A stretch of 50,758 bases of DNA from Candidatus Hydrogenedentota bacterium (GCA_029974275.1 JARKSN010000065.1:1-50758); one strand, 5' to 3'. Positions 14,560 to 24,621 are shown, counted from the first letter of the stretch. Notes: a model not told the origin generated them from the letters alone. Translations and numbers: made by a program.

Positions 14560-16737
14560 TCAGTAGGCCACGTTGACGCTGACTTCCGCGCCGATGTTGG
14601 GGAACGCCACGAAGAAGACGTCGCTGCCGTCGTCAGGGCCAATGGTCACCGCCAAACTTGGCGAAGTGGTCACGCTCTTGATCGGCGTCGGCAGCATGAG
14701 CCGGACGGTTGCGGTCGATCCTTCGGGGCCGCGCGTGGTGAAGCGCAGGGCGCGTTTGTCGCGCTGTACATTCCGCGTGCGAGCGCTGGCGGCGATAATG
14801 CCCGTGTTGGCGCGGTGTTTTTTGGCCCAAGCTACGTCGTACAAGAACGCGTGTTCGCCGGGATGCACCACGCGCTCGCCCGTGGAATAGCCAAGCTGCG
14901 GATCGAAGAGATCCACAAAGTCGCCTGTCAATCGCAGCGGGGCATCCGATACCGATTCATCCATCACGCTCACGATGAGGTACGGCCCGCGCTGCACGCG
15001 CAGATAGTTCTTTTCCGTGAGCGTCCGGTCTTGTTTGCCCAAAACGGTCTTGACCCAATCCCGTATGGCGGCGTCTCCGTCGGGGCGTTTCGAAAGGGCG
15101 TTGGAGGACTCTCCTCGAACAAACACCCAGCCGCGCCCGACGCGCTGCGGCTCTTTGTAGGCCATCAGCGCCTCGTCTTGGAACACGCCGAGCTTGGCAA
15201 AGAGATCCGCGTATGCCTTCACATCCGTCTTTCCGTAATCGTTCCACCATTCGCGTACGTGATGGTACGGATCGGCATTGTCTTCCAGGACTATCAAACA
15301 CCCGCCTCGCTTCACCCATCGCACGAGCGCGTCGTGATAGGCGGGCTTCAAGGGTTTCTGTCCCTCGTAGGTGAGCAACAGCACGCGAAAGTCCTTGAAG
15401 GCGTCTTTTTGGAGACTGTTCTCCAGCTGAAACACGCGAACGGGCACGCCCGCTTTGAGCAAAGGCAACGCAAGGCCATAAAAATTGCCCATGGTAAGGT
15501 CGACAATGTCGGGTTCCGCGCGTTGGAACATCATCGAGTCCGACACGACCACGCCGATGCCCGGCGTGCCGGAATCGACCTCGACATCGCGCTGCTCCAT
15601 ATCGTTCAGGGCATTGATGATGGTCAGAATCTGCGCCGCATAGTCTTTCGGAATGCCCGCGCGCGCTCCGGTTTGCGCATCCATATCGGTGGCGGGGTAA
15701 TTCCCTTGGAAAATGCGCTCCGGCCACGGCATGACCTCGTAGCGGGACACACTAGGCCACAACAGCGACGCGATCACGGTGGACTCGTAGTTTCGGCGAT
15801 AGTCGTTCCAGGTATGGTTAGGATTGTCTTCAACCGGATCGGCCAGAAACCAGACCTTGCGCCCGGTCGGGGCAACCATCGCGGCCATCTGGCCGTATTC
15901 GAAGTATGCCGTCTCGAACGTTCGTTCTTTTTCGACGCCGCGATAGCGGTTCGGTTGGCGCGCGGTGCCGGTCCACACTTGCGCCACGTAGCCGTCCAAG
16001 TGTGGAATGTCGATGAGGCGCGATTCGGGGCTGACGATTTGCCAGTGTGCGTAGTTGATCAAGCTGTGGGTAGGCACGATGCATTCGATGCGGCGGTTTT
16101 GGGCGGTGGCTCGCGTTTTTATATGCGCCATGACTTCTTGCAGCGCGTTGAAATAGAGTTCATACTTGAGCTTGCTCGCGCGATACTGGGCATCGGGGCT
16201 CGAATCGGGCGCTTGCCACGGCTCGCCGTAAAAACGCTGCCATGCCTCCTGAAAGGCAGGACTCCACCCAGCTTTGCCCCAGAATTCGGGCTCTTCCAGG
16301 AAAATCGCCCGAACGCCTTCGTCGATCGCAGGTTCGACATGGCGTTTAAGAAACGCAACGTAGCTCGGCGTGGGCACGTTGTAGCCGACATCGGGGCTGT
16401 GCATGTACAGCTCCCCGTTCTTTCGCGTCTGCACTTCGGCCCTTTTGAACGCGCGGCCCGTGCCATAGTACTCGGCGTAGTTGCCCCACGAGATTCCCGT
16501 CATCATGCCGACGGCATAGCCCCGTTTGCGCCATTCGTGCACGCGTGCCGCGAACGTATCGTCGATCCCGTACACCACGGCCATGTCTGACGCGATATCG
16601 AGTTGAGGTGAATACGGCGCCGCGATCTGGAAACAGGTGAAGTCGCGTTCTTTTTCGATCTTCGGTTCGGCCGTGGCTTTCATGCACCACAGTCCCGCCG
16701 CGAGGAACAACCCTGCAAGGACGTATGGGTTTGGCAT
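14560..16737 (-). CDS. secreted hypothetical protein, possibly glycoside-hydrolase-like with a class I glutamine amidotransferase-like domain
   Basis: RBS AGGAGG, signal peptide MPNPYVLAGLFLAAGLWC, aromatic-rich FLEEPEFW region. Family assignment is tentative. Confidence 0.7.
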   Translation of the reverse strand: MPNPYVLAGLFLAAGLWCMKATAEPKIEKERDFTCFQIAAPYSPQLDIASDMAVVYGIDDTFAARVHEWRKRGYAVGMMTGISWGNYAEYYGTGRAFKRAEVQTRKNGELYMHSPDVGYNVPTPSYVAFLKRHVEPAIDEGVRAIFLEEPEFWGKAGWSPAFQEAWQRFYGEPWQAPDSSPDAQYRASKLKYELYFNALQEVMAHIKTRATAQNRRIECIVPTHSLINYAHWQIVSPESRLIDIPHLDGYVAQVWTGTARQPNRYRGVEKERTFETAYFEYGQMAAMVAPTGRKVWFLADPVEDNPNHTWNDYRRNYESTVIASLLWPSVSRYEVMPWPERIFQGNYPATDMDAQTGARAGIPKDYAAQILTIINALNDMEQRDVEVDSGTPGIGVVVSDSMMFQRAEPDIVDLTMGNFYGLALPLLKAGVPVRVFQLENSLQKDAFKDFRVLLLTYEGQKPLKPAYHDALVRWVKRGGCLIVLEDNADPYHHVREWWNDYGKTDVKAYADLFAKLGVFQDEALMAYKEPQRVGRGWVFVRGESSNALSKRPDGDAAIRDWVKTVLGKQDRTLTEKNYLRVQRGPYLIVSVMDESVSDAPLRLTGDFVDLFDPQLGYSTGERVVHPGEHAFLYDVAWAKKHRANTGIIAASARTRNVQRDKRALRFTTRGPEGSTATVRLMLPTPIKSVTTSPSLAVTIGPDDGSDVFFVAFPNIGAEVSVNVAY

Positions 16738-16811
16738 GCCTGATCCTCCTGAATTTCCGATATGCCGGCTCTTCGGGCGTTTGCCTCGGCGCGGGGAAAC
16801 GAGGCACAGAT

Positions 16812-18191
16812 TCAATGGCGTCGTTGGGTTTGGCTGTTGGCATAGATGGCCGCCAGCGCTCCCGTGATCGCGTACGTCATATACATGTGGGGGGTGTCGC
16901 GAAAGCTGTACTCGGTCATGTTGCACGCTACGGCCGCCCATAGAGCGAAGAAGACGCCAGCCCCGAATTGGTTAGACAACGAGGATGGTCCTCGCCGGAG
17001 GAATCGGGCGCTCATGTGGAACCAGCGCGCCCAAAGTCCCGCCAGCAGGAGAAGCCCGGGCGCCCCCATCTCGCCTGCTGTAAGCACGCCTAGGTTATGG
17101 GCTGGCGGCGCAATCATGTGCACGCGTTCCATGTCGGTGAATCCCCTGATGTTGCAGTCGGTGTCTCCATAGGGGGCGTTGGGCAGGCCTAGTTCCGGAT
17201 AGTAGCGATCGGTCACGATGTAGGACCAGTTGTTCAGTCCGAGTCCGAAGAGGAAGTTGTCGCGCAAGACCAGTTTCCCGAGTCGAAAGTACATGCCTCG
17301 GCCGGAATCGCCTTCCCACTCGTCCTCCAGGGTCGTTTGGCCGTAGCGCGCAGAGAGCGTGTCCCATGCCTTGACGAAGACGCCGAGGGCTGCCACCAGG
17401 GCAAGGAGGGTTGCCGCCAGTTTCATCGGGGTCAGGCGCGTGATCAGGCTTATCAGCAGCGCGATGCCCGTGGAAGCGCAAAACACGACGAAACCGGTTC
17501 GGGATATGCTGAAGATTACGCATAGGCCCGCCATCGCGGCGCAAAGACCCGAGAGGCGCGCCAGGCCTTTGTGCTGCTCGGACATGGCTAGGGCCACGAG
17601 CATCGGCGCCAGGAAATTCATGTATGCCGAAAGCTGGTTGGGGTGGGCGAACGATCCGCGAAGCCGGTACATGCCCCAAACGTATCGTTGCACGATGCAC
17701 CAGCCGGTTTGATAGAAAACCAGGGCGCATAGGGCGATGACCAGCACCCGTATTTCGCGCGGTCCTCGGACATACATTGCCACGGCGAGGAACAGCAGCA
17801 GCCCCCGAAAAAACTTGACCAGTTCGAATGTCCCAAACAGCATGGGATCGTTGAGGATGACGCTGAGACAGCCCCATGCAGAGAAGGCCAGTATGCCCGT
17901 CAGGCTGGCTGGCCAACGCCATCGCGTCCGTTCGTGGGGCGCTGCGAGGAGCGGCGCCACGAGAAGAATGACGGACAAGAAGTCGACGTAGGAAACGCCG
18001 ATGCCGCGCGAGGTGCCTCGGTACATTTCGCGGCTCAGGAAGTTGATGTCGAGCCAATCGGGCATGCAGGTGCTGAAAATCAGCGCGGCAAACATGAAAT
18101 CGAGGAAGAAGCGCGACGTTCGCGCCAGCAGAATGCCTGCTGGGACGCTCACGGCGGCCCCGATTATGAATACGATTTCTTTGAACTCCAT
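16812..18191 (-). CDS. O-antigen ligase/Wzy-like membrane protein
   Basis: Many TM helices; GSFAHPNQL, SISRTG, GLGLNNW, AHN...GEMG motifs. Confidence 0.85.
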   Translation of the reverse strand: MEFKEIVFIIGAAVSVPAGILLARTSRFFLDFMFAALIFSTCMPDWLDINFLSREMYRGTSRGIGVSYVDFLSVILLVAPLLAAPHERTRWRWPASLTGILAFSAWGCLSVILNDPMLFGTFELVKFFRGLLLFLAVAMYVRGPREIRVLVIALCALVFYQTGWCIVQRYVWGMYRLRGSFAHPNQLSAYMNFLAPMLVALAMSEQHKGLARLSGLCAAMAGLCVIFSISRTGFVVFCASTGIALLISLITRLTPMKLAATLLALVAALGVFVKAWDTLSARYGQTTLEDEWEGDSGRGMYFRLGKLVLRDNFLFGLGLNNWSYIVTDRYYPELGLPNAPYGDTDCNIRGFTDMERVHMIAPPAHNLGVLTAGEMGAPGLLLLAGLWARWFHMSARFLRRGPSSLSNQFGAGVFFALWAAVACNMTEYSFRDTPHMYMTYAITGALAAIYANSQTQRRH

Positions 18192-18309
18192 TATGCCCTG
18201 CGATGGCTTGTTTCGAGAAAAGCGTCCCGCTGCGTCGTGGGCAGCGCTTGTACAGGCGAAATAGGAATGTTTCGCGAAAAAGCCGGAGGCCGTGTTGGCG
18301 GTCGCCGCG

Positions 18310-19266
18310 CTAGTTGCATTCGGCCTCCAAGGGCCCGGCCAGTTCTTTTAGATAAAAGAGTCGTCCCGCCAGGGTGGGCATGAAGGAGCTTGGGATCCAT
18401 GGCGTGGGTTTGTGATGCAAGGTGGCCCAGAGCGAGAAGCCTTGCCACATCATGCCGCGCCCCAACGATCCGTCGGCGCCGCCAATGATGCCGTCCGATC
18501 GTAAAAACAGGCCTGGTCCAATCGTGTTGGCGGTGGCGGGCACGAGCGTGGTGCGGCTTTTGAAGCTTGTGATGGCGTTTTGTTCGATGGTCAGCGGGTG
18601 GAGTTTGGCGCCAAGGCGATAGGCTGCGGTTTTCCATGCGGCCTCGGTTTCGTATTCCGCCGCGAAGTGCGGTTCCCAGAAGGCGATATGGCACATGCGC
18701 CCGATGCCGAACACGGTGACGAGGCGCGCCCCTTTTTGTTGCAGCGCGCCGATGCGTTCGGGATAGGTTGGCAGCATGGTCTTTGTCGCAAAGTGCCGTT
18801 GATTTTTGGGGACGGTGCGTTTGCCCAAGGGCGAGTAAAAGGCTTGTTCCATGGCGTTCTGAAAGGCGCCCGGGTCTTTGGAGGGCAAGGTGTTGCCCTT
18901 GGCGTCGCTCCACTCGTCCATGTTGAACCCGTGCACGTGTTTGCAGTCGACGTCCCATTCCTTCAGGAAGTAAACCGCCCACCGGTACATGCCCATTGGT
19001 CCGACGGGCAGGATGAGCACAAGTTCCCGGTTGGCTTTTTGCGCGGCGGCGATTTCGAGGGCGATGGCGTGGCCCATCATGGCGTCGAAATCCGCAAGGG
19101 TGTCGCAGGAAATCGGCGTGAAGCGTTTGTGCCACCACGGTTCGCGATTTTCGATCGACGTTGGCGGGCGGGCGCACAACGCATCGAGTTGGGACAGGTC
19201 CCATCCTGCGGGGAAAAATCCCTCGAGGAGCGACCCTTTCAAGGTGCTTGTCAACGTGATGTCCAT
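18310..19266 (-). CDS. glucosamine-6-phosphate isomerase (NagB-fold) family protein
   Basis: [25 protein letters not shown] motifs; RBS GGAGG. Confidence 0.8.
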   Translation of the reverse strand: MDITLTSTLKGSLLEGFFPAGWDLSQLDALCARPPTSIENREPWWHKRFTPISCDTLADFDAMMGHAIALEIAAAQKANRELVLILPVGPMGMYRWAVYFLKEWDVDCKHVHGFNMDEWSDAKGNTLPSKDPGAFQNAMEQAFYSPLGKRTVPKNQRHFATKTMLPTYPERIGALQQKGARLVTVFGIGRMCHIAFWEPHFAAEYETEAAWKTAAYRLGAKLHPLTIEQNAITSFKSRTTLVPATANTIGPGLFLRSDGIIGGADGSLGRGMMWQGFSLWATLHHKPTPWIPSSFMPTLAGRLFYLKELAGPLEAECN

Positions 19267-19407
19267 TTGTGTATGCCTCCCTCGCGCCGCTTGGGGCGGC
19301 ATCCGGTCTTGGGCGGTATACTACCAAGACCTTGGATCGAATCCAACAGCCGTTTGTCTGCGCCGGCGCGAAGGCGGGATGAAAACCGGGATCAGCCTCG
19401 GCAGGTG

Positions 19408-19441
19408 AAAAAAAAGGGACGCGACATATGTCGCGTCCCTT
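19408..19441 (-). terminator. intrinsic terminator of the PEP-CTERM gene
   Basis: Palindrome AGGGACGCGACATATGTCGCGTCCCT followed by a T-run on the minus strand. Confidence 0.85.
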
Positions 19442-19465
19442 AGCGTGGATTTTGCTTTTGCCGCG

Positions 19466-20204
19466 TTAGGCGGTTTTGCGGAAGCGGCGGATCGCAAGGC
19501 CAGCCAGGCCCAAGCCCAGGAGGGACATGGTGGCCGGTTCCGGAACGACCGGGCCCAGTTGGGTCGTGATGCGTGCGTACACGCCAGCGCCCTGAGTGGC
19601 GGCTTCGGCGCTGCTGAAGTTGTTGCGAATCGTGGCGCCGCCGTCGCTCGAGAAGCCCAGCAGGTTGAGCGTGTAGAGAACGCCGTCGTACATGAAGTTC
19701 GTGGAGGTGTAACCGAAGTTGGCTACCGTGACGATGTCGCCGTCCAGGACGGGATCGCCGGTATTGTTCGGGGTATTGGTGATGAAGAAGGTGAAGTCGT
19801 ACACGTCGCTCTGCGCCAACGGGGAGGTGATGTTGAGCGTCACCTTGAGTTCGACGCCGTCAAATTCCGGAGGAGTTGTAGGTGCTGCCGTTCCGATAGG
19901 TGAACAAGCCGACCAAGAAAGGCGTTTCGCTGTTTGTGGTCCAGCCGGGATCGCCGTCGCTGCCGATGCCGTCAAATTCGAACTGGTTGTCGAACGGCGT
20001 GGGGTTCGCGGGAACGCCCCAGTTGAAGCGGGCAGTGCCGCCCACATCGTTGTTGTTTACCGAGTACACGTCCGAAGCATTGGTCGACACGACATTGTCC
20101 CATTCTCCGCTCGCCGTGCCCGAGAATACCGTTGCGTTGGCACTCATGCTCATCAAGCATGCCAGGAGCACTGCCCCCACAACTGCCGCCATTCGCGTTC
20201 TCAT
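19466..20204 (-). pseudogene. PEP-CTERM sorting-domain protein (choice-of-anchor K-like) split by a +1 frameshift
   Basis: Signal peptide and N-half stop at GGA ATT TGA (19860). The C-half DGVELKV...VPEPATMSLLGLGLAGLAIRRFRK is in another frame, and removing one T rejoins them. Confidence 0.85.
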
Positions 20205-20266
20205 GATCTTTCTCCTCTGTTTGTTCGTTCCCCACTGCAGCCCAACATAATACCCTGATGGTTTAC

Positions 20267-20281
20267 GCACTTTATGCGCCA
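20267..20281 (-). promoter_or_regulatory. sigma54-type promoter of the PEP-CTERM gene
   Basis: TGGCGC-ATAAA-GTGC (GG-N10-GC) with AT-rich DNA upstream. Confidence 0.55.
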
Positions 20282-20487
20282 TGTAGGTACAGCATTTTTT
20301 GTTCCAAGAAAGACAGGAAATCGTATCTGTATACTAAATAATGAGTTACGATGGAACCCAAGCGTTGGGCTCGCCTCATATTTCGCTTGGATCACGGAAT
20401 ATATTCTCCGGAGACAAACTTATGATCAGTTGAAATGACAGGTTTCGCATATCGGCGTGCGCTACGGGGGCCTTCGTGTTGGGTGTG

Positions 20488-21528
20488 TTAGGTTTCACGA
20501 AGGATCAATTCGGGATGCACGACATGTTGGCAGGATTCGGATGGGGTTTCCGGTTCGGGAGCGAGGAGCGCAGCGACGATTCTCGCCATTTCGGCGTTGC
20601 GGGGGTCCACCGAGGAAATCGGCGGCGTAAAATAGCGCCCGATGTCGGTGTTGCCATAACTGACGAGGTTGTAGTCGCGGGGGATTTCCATCCCCTGTTC
20701 GTGGAGGCGGCCTATGACTTGAATGGCGCTCAAATCGTCGCAACAAAAAATGGCCGTGATGCCGCGTTGACGCAATGCGGCGGCGTCAACCCCGCGCGCT
20801 CGCGGCAGAATCAACGGTTCGAAGCCGGGGCGCTCGCGGCGCATGAGGTCGAGGTAGGTTTCGCGCATGAGTTCGAGCACCATGTTGCGGCCGGGCCAGA
20901 CTTCGTTTTCGACGAACGCGACTCCTCCCCCTTTTAGCCACATCAGGTACGTCAGGGCGCGCACGACGCCGAGGTCGTAACTTTGAACAACGAAGGGGAA
21001 ATCGTGACTGGACATTGTGTGATCGAGCAGGACAATGCGGGTTCCCATGGGGGCGAGTTTCTCGTAGAAGTCCAGCGTTCTTGATTCGTCAAGGGTGGGA
21101 ATGACGATGACTGCTTCGTAACGGTCGTTGATCATGGTCTGAACGAGACGCATCTCTTCTTCGTAATTGTTGTAGTCGCAGAGGTGGTGAAGGGTGCGCC
21201 CGGCCTGGCGGGCCTGCTCGGCCACCAGGAGGATCAGGTCTTCGTATTGGACGGAGAAGAAGGGGAAGACAAGGCCCCAGGCGGGTTGCATGGGGCGGAG
21301 ATCGGCCACAAACGATCCTTTTCCAGGTTGTTGGCGAATGAGGCCCTGGGCCTCGAGGAGGTTGAGAACGCGTTTGGCGGTTTCGCGGGCGATGCCGTGG
21401 CGGTGTTGAAGCTCGGTGATGGAGGGGATGCGCTGGCCGGGGATGAGGCGACAGGTCAGGATGTCGTTACGGAGTTGATCGACAAGCTGGCGGTAAATGG
21501 GGACGACGCCTCGTTGGAGGGAGGGCAT
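20488..21528 (-). CDS. GntR-HTH + LacI-type ligand-binding regulator (AraR architecture)
   Basis: PIYRQL...IPSITEL...GKGSFV HTH; AIFCCDD...IPRDYNLVSYGN...PPISSV effector domain. Confidence 0.9.
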   Translation of the reverse strand: MPSLQRGVVPIYRQLVDQLRNDILTCRLIPGQRIPSITELQHRHGIARETAKRVLNLLEAQGLIRQQPGKGSFVADLRPMQPAWGLVFPFFSVQYEDLILLVAEQARQAGRTLHHLCDYNNYEEEMRLVQTMINDRYEAVIVIPTLDESRTLDFYEKLAPMGTRIVLLDHTMSSHDFPFVVQSYDLGVVRALTYLMWLKGGGVAFVENEVWPGRNMVLELMRETYLDLMRRERPGFEPLILPRARGVDAAALRQRGITAIFCCDDLSAIQVIGRLHEQGMEIPRDYNLVSYGNTDIGRYFTPPISSVDPRNAEMARIVAALLAPEPETPSESCQHVVHPELILRET

Positions 21529-21539
21529 GGTTCACCTCG

Positions 21540-21684
21540 TCACATCACTCGGTAAAAATATCACATCACAGTTGGATTCTAGGCATGGGGCCGGGGCTTG
21601 TCAAGCGGTGACTTGAAAATGCCTTGACTGGATTGTGGGGGATGAGGTAACATGGGTCGAATTGTGTGATGTGATGTGATGTGG
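21540..21684. promoter_or_regulatory. divergent sigma70 promoters with TGTGA repeat operators
   Basis: Minus: TTGACA-N17-TAGAAT (21604-21576). Plus: TTGACT-N18-TAACAT (21624-21653). (TGTGA)n lies just downstream of each. Confidence 0.7.
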
Positions 21685-21690
21685 GGTTTT

Positions 21691-22479
21691 ATGGGGTACA
21701 AAATAGCGCTGAGCGGTAAAGGCGGCGTCGGCAAGTCGACGGTTGCGGCGGTTTTTGCGCATTTGGCCTCACAGGAGGGGCGGCGCGTTCTTGCCGTTGA
21801 TGCGGATCCCGACGCCAATCTCGCGGCGGCATTGGGGATGTCACGCGAGGATCGACGGTGCCTTGTGCCGCTTTCCGAACATCGCGCGCTTGTCGAGGAA
21901 CGCACCGGGGCCAAGGTCAAGCAATACGGTCAGGTGTTCAAGCTGAATCCCGATGTGTCCGACATTGCCGAGAAGGAATCGTCCGAGTTTCGGGGCATTC
22001 ATCTTTTGGTCTTGGGGGCCGTGGAACGCGGCGGTTCGGGATGCGCCTGTCCGGAGAGCACGATGTTGCGGGCGCTGCTCGTGGACGTCGTGCTGTACAA
22101 AGACGATTGCGTCATCATCGACTTTGAGGCGGGGCTGGAGCATTTGGGCCGCGCGACGGCGCAGGGCGTGGATGTCATGGCGGTCGTGGTCGAACCTGGC
22201 GCGCGCGCCATCGAAACCGCGGCGGGCGTTCAGCGCATGGCCGCGGAGATTGGCGTCAAGCGGGTCGCGATCATTGGAAGCAAAATCGCCAGCGATCAAG
22301 ATGAAGCGTTTCTGCGCGATGCGTTCCCGAATGGGGAGTATCTGGGGGGCGTGCCGTATAGCGAGACGATACGCCAGGCGGATCGAGACGGCGTGGTCTT
22401 GTTCGATGTTCTGGACGATGAATTGCGGGAGCGGTTTGTCCGGTTGTGGGATGGGGTGAAGGCGCGAATCGAAGAATAG
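21691..22479 (+). CDS. cooC: CooC/AcsF nickel-insertion ATPase
   Basis: GKGGVGKS, DADPDANL, GCACP, DFEAGLEHLGR. Confidence 0.93.
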   Translation: MGYKIALSGKGGVGKSTVAAVFAHLASQEGRRVLAVDADPDANLAAALGMSREDRRCLVPLSEHRALVEERTGAKVKQYGQVFKLNPDVSDIAEKESSEFRGIHLLVLGAVERGGSGCACPESTMLRALLVDVVLYKDDCVIIDFEAGLEHLGRATAQGVDVMAVVVEPGARAIETAAGVQRMAAEIGVKRVAIIGSKIASDQDEAFLRDAFPNGEYLGGVPYSETIRQADRDGVVLFDVLDDELRERFVRLWDGVKARIEE

Positions 22480-22489
22480 GGACTTTCGG

Positions 22490-22570
22490 CACGAAGGCGC
22501 AGATGCAAAGCGGGCCATGGTTTCTTGCTTTTCTGTGCTTCCTCCGTGATCTCTGTGTCCCTGTGGTGAA
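22490..22570. repeat. REP-like degenerate CTCTGTG-type intergenic repeat
   Basis: ttctgtgc / ctccgtgat / ctctgtgtc / cctgtgg units with a loosely complementary cacgaaggcgcag arm upstream. Confidence 0.4.
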
Positions 22571-22594
22571 TCTTAAGTGTAAGGAGATAGCGAA

Positions 22595-23662
22595 ATGGAC
22601 GTGAAACCGAAATGCGTGGCAACGGCGATTGGGTCTCTGCCGCATCCGGATGCGGAAAAGGCGCTCGATGTGATTTTGGGGTCGATACCGGACGCGCCCA
22701 TCTGGCCGCAGTTGCCGAAGCTGGGACTGCGCGAACAGATGGAAGTGCAGTATTCCGAAGGTTTGCCGCGCGTCGTGATCGATGAGGCCAAGTCGCGCAT
22801 GTACTTCGACACCAGCGGCGATTATTCTGAAGACCTTGCGACGTTTTATGAAGGCTACATGGCGGCGGAAGAGAGCGGCGACTATTCCGTCGCGGCGATC
22901 AGCCCCGCGTTTTCGGCGGGGATTCCCGCGCTTGAAGGCCGTCTAAAGACACTTGGCGGCACGCGTCCGTTTGTGAAATGCCAGACCACCGGTCCGCTGT
23001 CGTTCGCGTTGACCATTGTCGACGAGAACAAGCGCGCCATCTACTACAACGAGGAATTCATCGACGTCATCGTGAAGGGCTTGGCGATGAAATGCCGGTG
23101 GCAGATTCAGAAGTTCAAGCCGTTCGCGGAAAACGTGATTTGTTTTATCGACGAGCCTATTTTGTCCGCGTTCGGCAGTTCGACGTACGTGTCGGTGCAG
23201 CGGGATGATGTGATTGCCCGCTTGGGCGAGGTCGTCGAGGCCGTTCATGCCGAAGGCGCGTTGGCGGGCGTGCATTGTTGCGGCAACACGGAATGGTCGC
23301 TGTTGGTCGACGCGGGCGTCGATATCGTCAACTTCGATGCCTTCGATTTCGGCGAGACCATCGCGCTGTATCCCGAGCACATCAAGAGGCATCTCGTGGA
23401 AAACAAAAACGCGCTCGCATGGGGCGTGGCGCCGACGAGTCCGAAGATACGCGAAGAGTCCGTCGAGAGTCTCGTCGTGCGATTCGAGCGCATGGCGGAC
23501 AACCTGTCGCAGAAGGCCGGTATCGACAAGGGCATCATTGCGGAACAAGCGCTGATTACGCCGTCGTGCGGAACGGGTTCGCTCGAAGTGCAGGACGCCG
23601 AACGCGTCTTTGCGTTGCTGGGCGAGACGAGCGCAGCGCTGAAACTGAAGTACGGGTTCTAA
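22595..23662 (+). CDS. core (folate-independent) methionine synthase, MesB-like
   Basis: TAIGSLPH, PIWPQLP, TGP, FIDEP, Zn ligands GVHCCG, FD and TPSCG; MetE C-terminal barrel only; located in the acs cluster. Confidence 0.8.
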   Translation: MDVKPKCVATAIGSLPHPDAEKALDVILGSIPDAPIWPQLPKLGLREQMEVQYSEGLPRVVIDEAKSRMYFDTSGDYSEDLATFYEGYMAAEESGDYSVAAISPAFSAGIPALEGRLKTLGGTRPFVKCQTTGPLSFALTIVDENKRAIYYNEEFIDVIVKGLAMKCRWQIQKFKPFAENVICFIDEPILSAFGSSTYVSVQRDDVIARLGEVVEAVHAEGALAGVHCCGNTEWSLLVDAGVDIVNFDAFDFGETIALYPEHIKRHLVENKNALAWGVAPTSPKIREESVESLVVRFERMADNLSQKAGIDKGIIAEQALITPSCGTGSLEVQDAERVFALLGETSAALKLKYGF

Positions 23663-23703
23663 ACAGATTCGGGCCTTATCGGCCTGTTACGGAGGGAGCG
23701 GAC

Positions 23704-24606
23704 ATGGGTTTCGACGCGAACGTGAAGCTGACCAAAGCCAATTTCAACGACCTGCCGCCGTTGTGCACCGATGGCGCATGGGGCACTGAGATGCAGAAAC
23801 TCGGCGCGCAGCCGGGGCAGATGTGCGACGTGTGGAACGTCGAACAGCCGGACAAAGTTTTCTCTGTGGCGAAGGGCTATGTCGACGCCGGATCGCAGGT
23901 GATTCTGACGAACACCTTCAACAGCAACCGCATCGTGCTTGCCAAGCATAACATGGCCGATCGCGCGGAGGAGTTGTCGCGGGAAGGCGCGGCGATATCG
24001 AAAAAGGCCGCGTCGGGCAAGGCATACGTATTCGCGTCGATCGGTCCGTGCGGCAAGATCGTGATGATGGGCGAAATCGATCCCGTCGAGGTCGAAGAAG
24101 CTGCGGCGGAACAGGCAAAGGCCTTTGCCGAAGGCGGCGCGGATGCCATCGTCATTGAAACGCAGAGCGATCTTGTCGAGGCCGAAGCGGCGATCAAAGG
24201 CGTGTTGCGCGCCGTGGACCTGCCGGTGGGGTTGTCGTTCACGTTCGATAGCGGCGCGAACAACGACTTCACGATGATGGGCGCGTCCATCCCGCAGGTG
24301 TGCGACCTTGCAAAACAATACGGCGCGAGTTTTGTCGGCGCGAATTGCGGCGCGGGCATCGAAACCTTCGTCAACATCGCGCAGGAATTTGCTGTGTGCG
24401 GAACGGGCATCCCCGTGTGGGTGAAGGGAAACGCCGGCAGGCCTGAACTTGACGACTCGGGTCGCACGGTCTACCGCGCGAAACCGGAAGTCTACCGCGC
24501 GGTCGTCAACGACCTTCTCGGCGCCGGCGCAAAGTTCATTGGCGGATGCTGCGGGTCCTCGCCGGACCACATCCGTGCCGTTGCGCAGGCCATGTCGGCA
24601 CGGTAG
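23704..24606 (+). CDS. homocysteine S-methyltransferase domain protein (split-MetH-type module)
   Basis: DGAWGT, AGSQVILTNTF, IET, GANC and GGCCG Zn motifs. Confidence 0.9.
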   Translation: MGFDANVKLTKANFNDLPPLCTDGAWGTEMQKLGAQPGQMCDVWNVEQPDKVFSVAKGYVDAGSQVILTNTFNSNRIVLAKHNMADRAEELSREGAAISKKAASGKAYVFASIGPCGKIVMMGEIDPVEVEEAAAEQAKAFAEGGADAIVIETQSDLVEAEAAIKGVLRAVDLPVGLSFTFDSGANNDFTMMGASIPQVCDLAKQYGASFVGANCGAGIETFVNIAQEFAVCGTGIPVWVKGNAGRPELDDSGRTVYRAKPEVYRAVVNDLLGAGAKFIGGCCGSSPDHIRAVAQAMSAR

Positions 24607-24621
24607 AGATACAACAGCAAC

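Noticed and set aside
19860..19862. TGA read-through (selenocysteine or alternative code) in the PEP-CTERM gene
   Set aside because: The continuation is in a different frame, so read-through would not restore it. TGA is a normal stop in other genes here.
21540..21684. CRP/CooA palindromic site
   Set aside because: The TGTGA half-sites occur as direct repeats, not as TGTGA-N6-TCACA.
23275..23703. N-terminal extensions in the ORF track (also 30938-31072, 34351-34542, 46452-46682, 16738-16941)
   Set aside because: They overlap upstream genes or promoters. RBS position and family motifs support the shorter starts.
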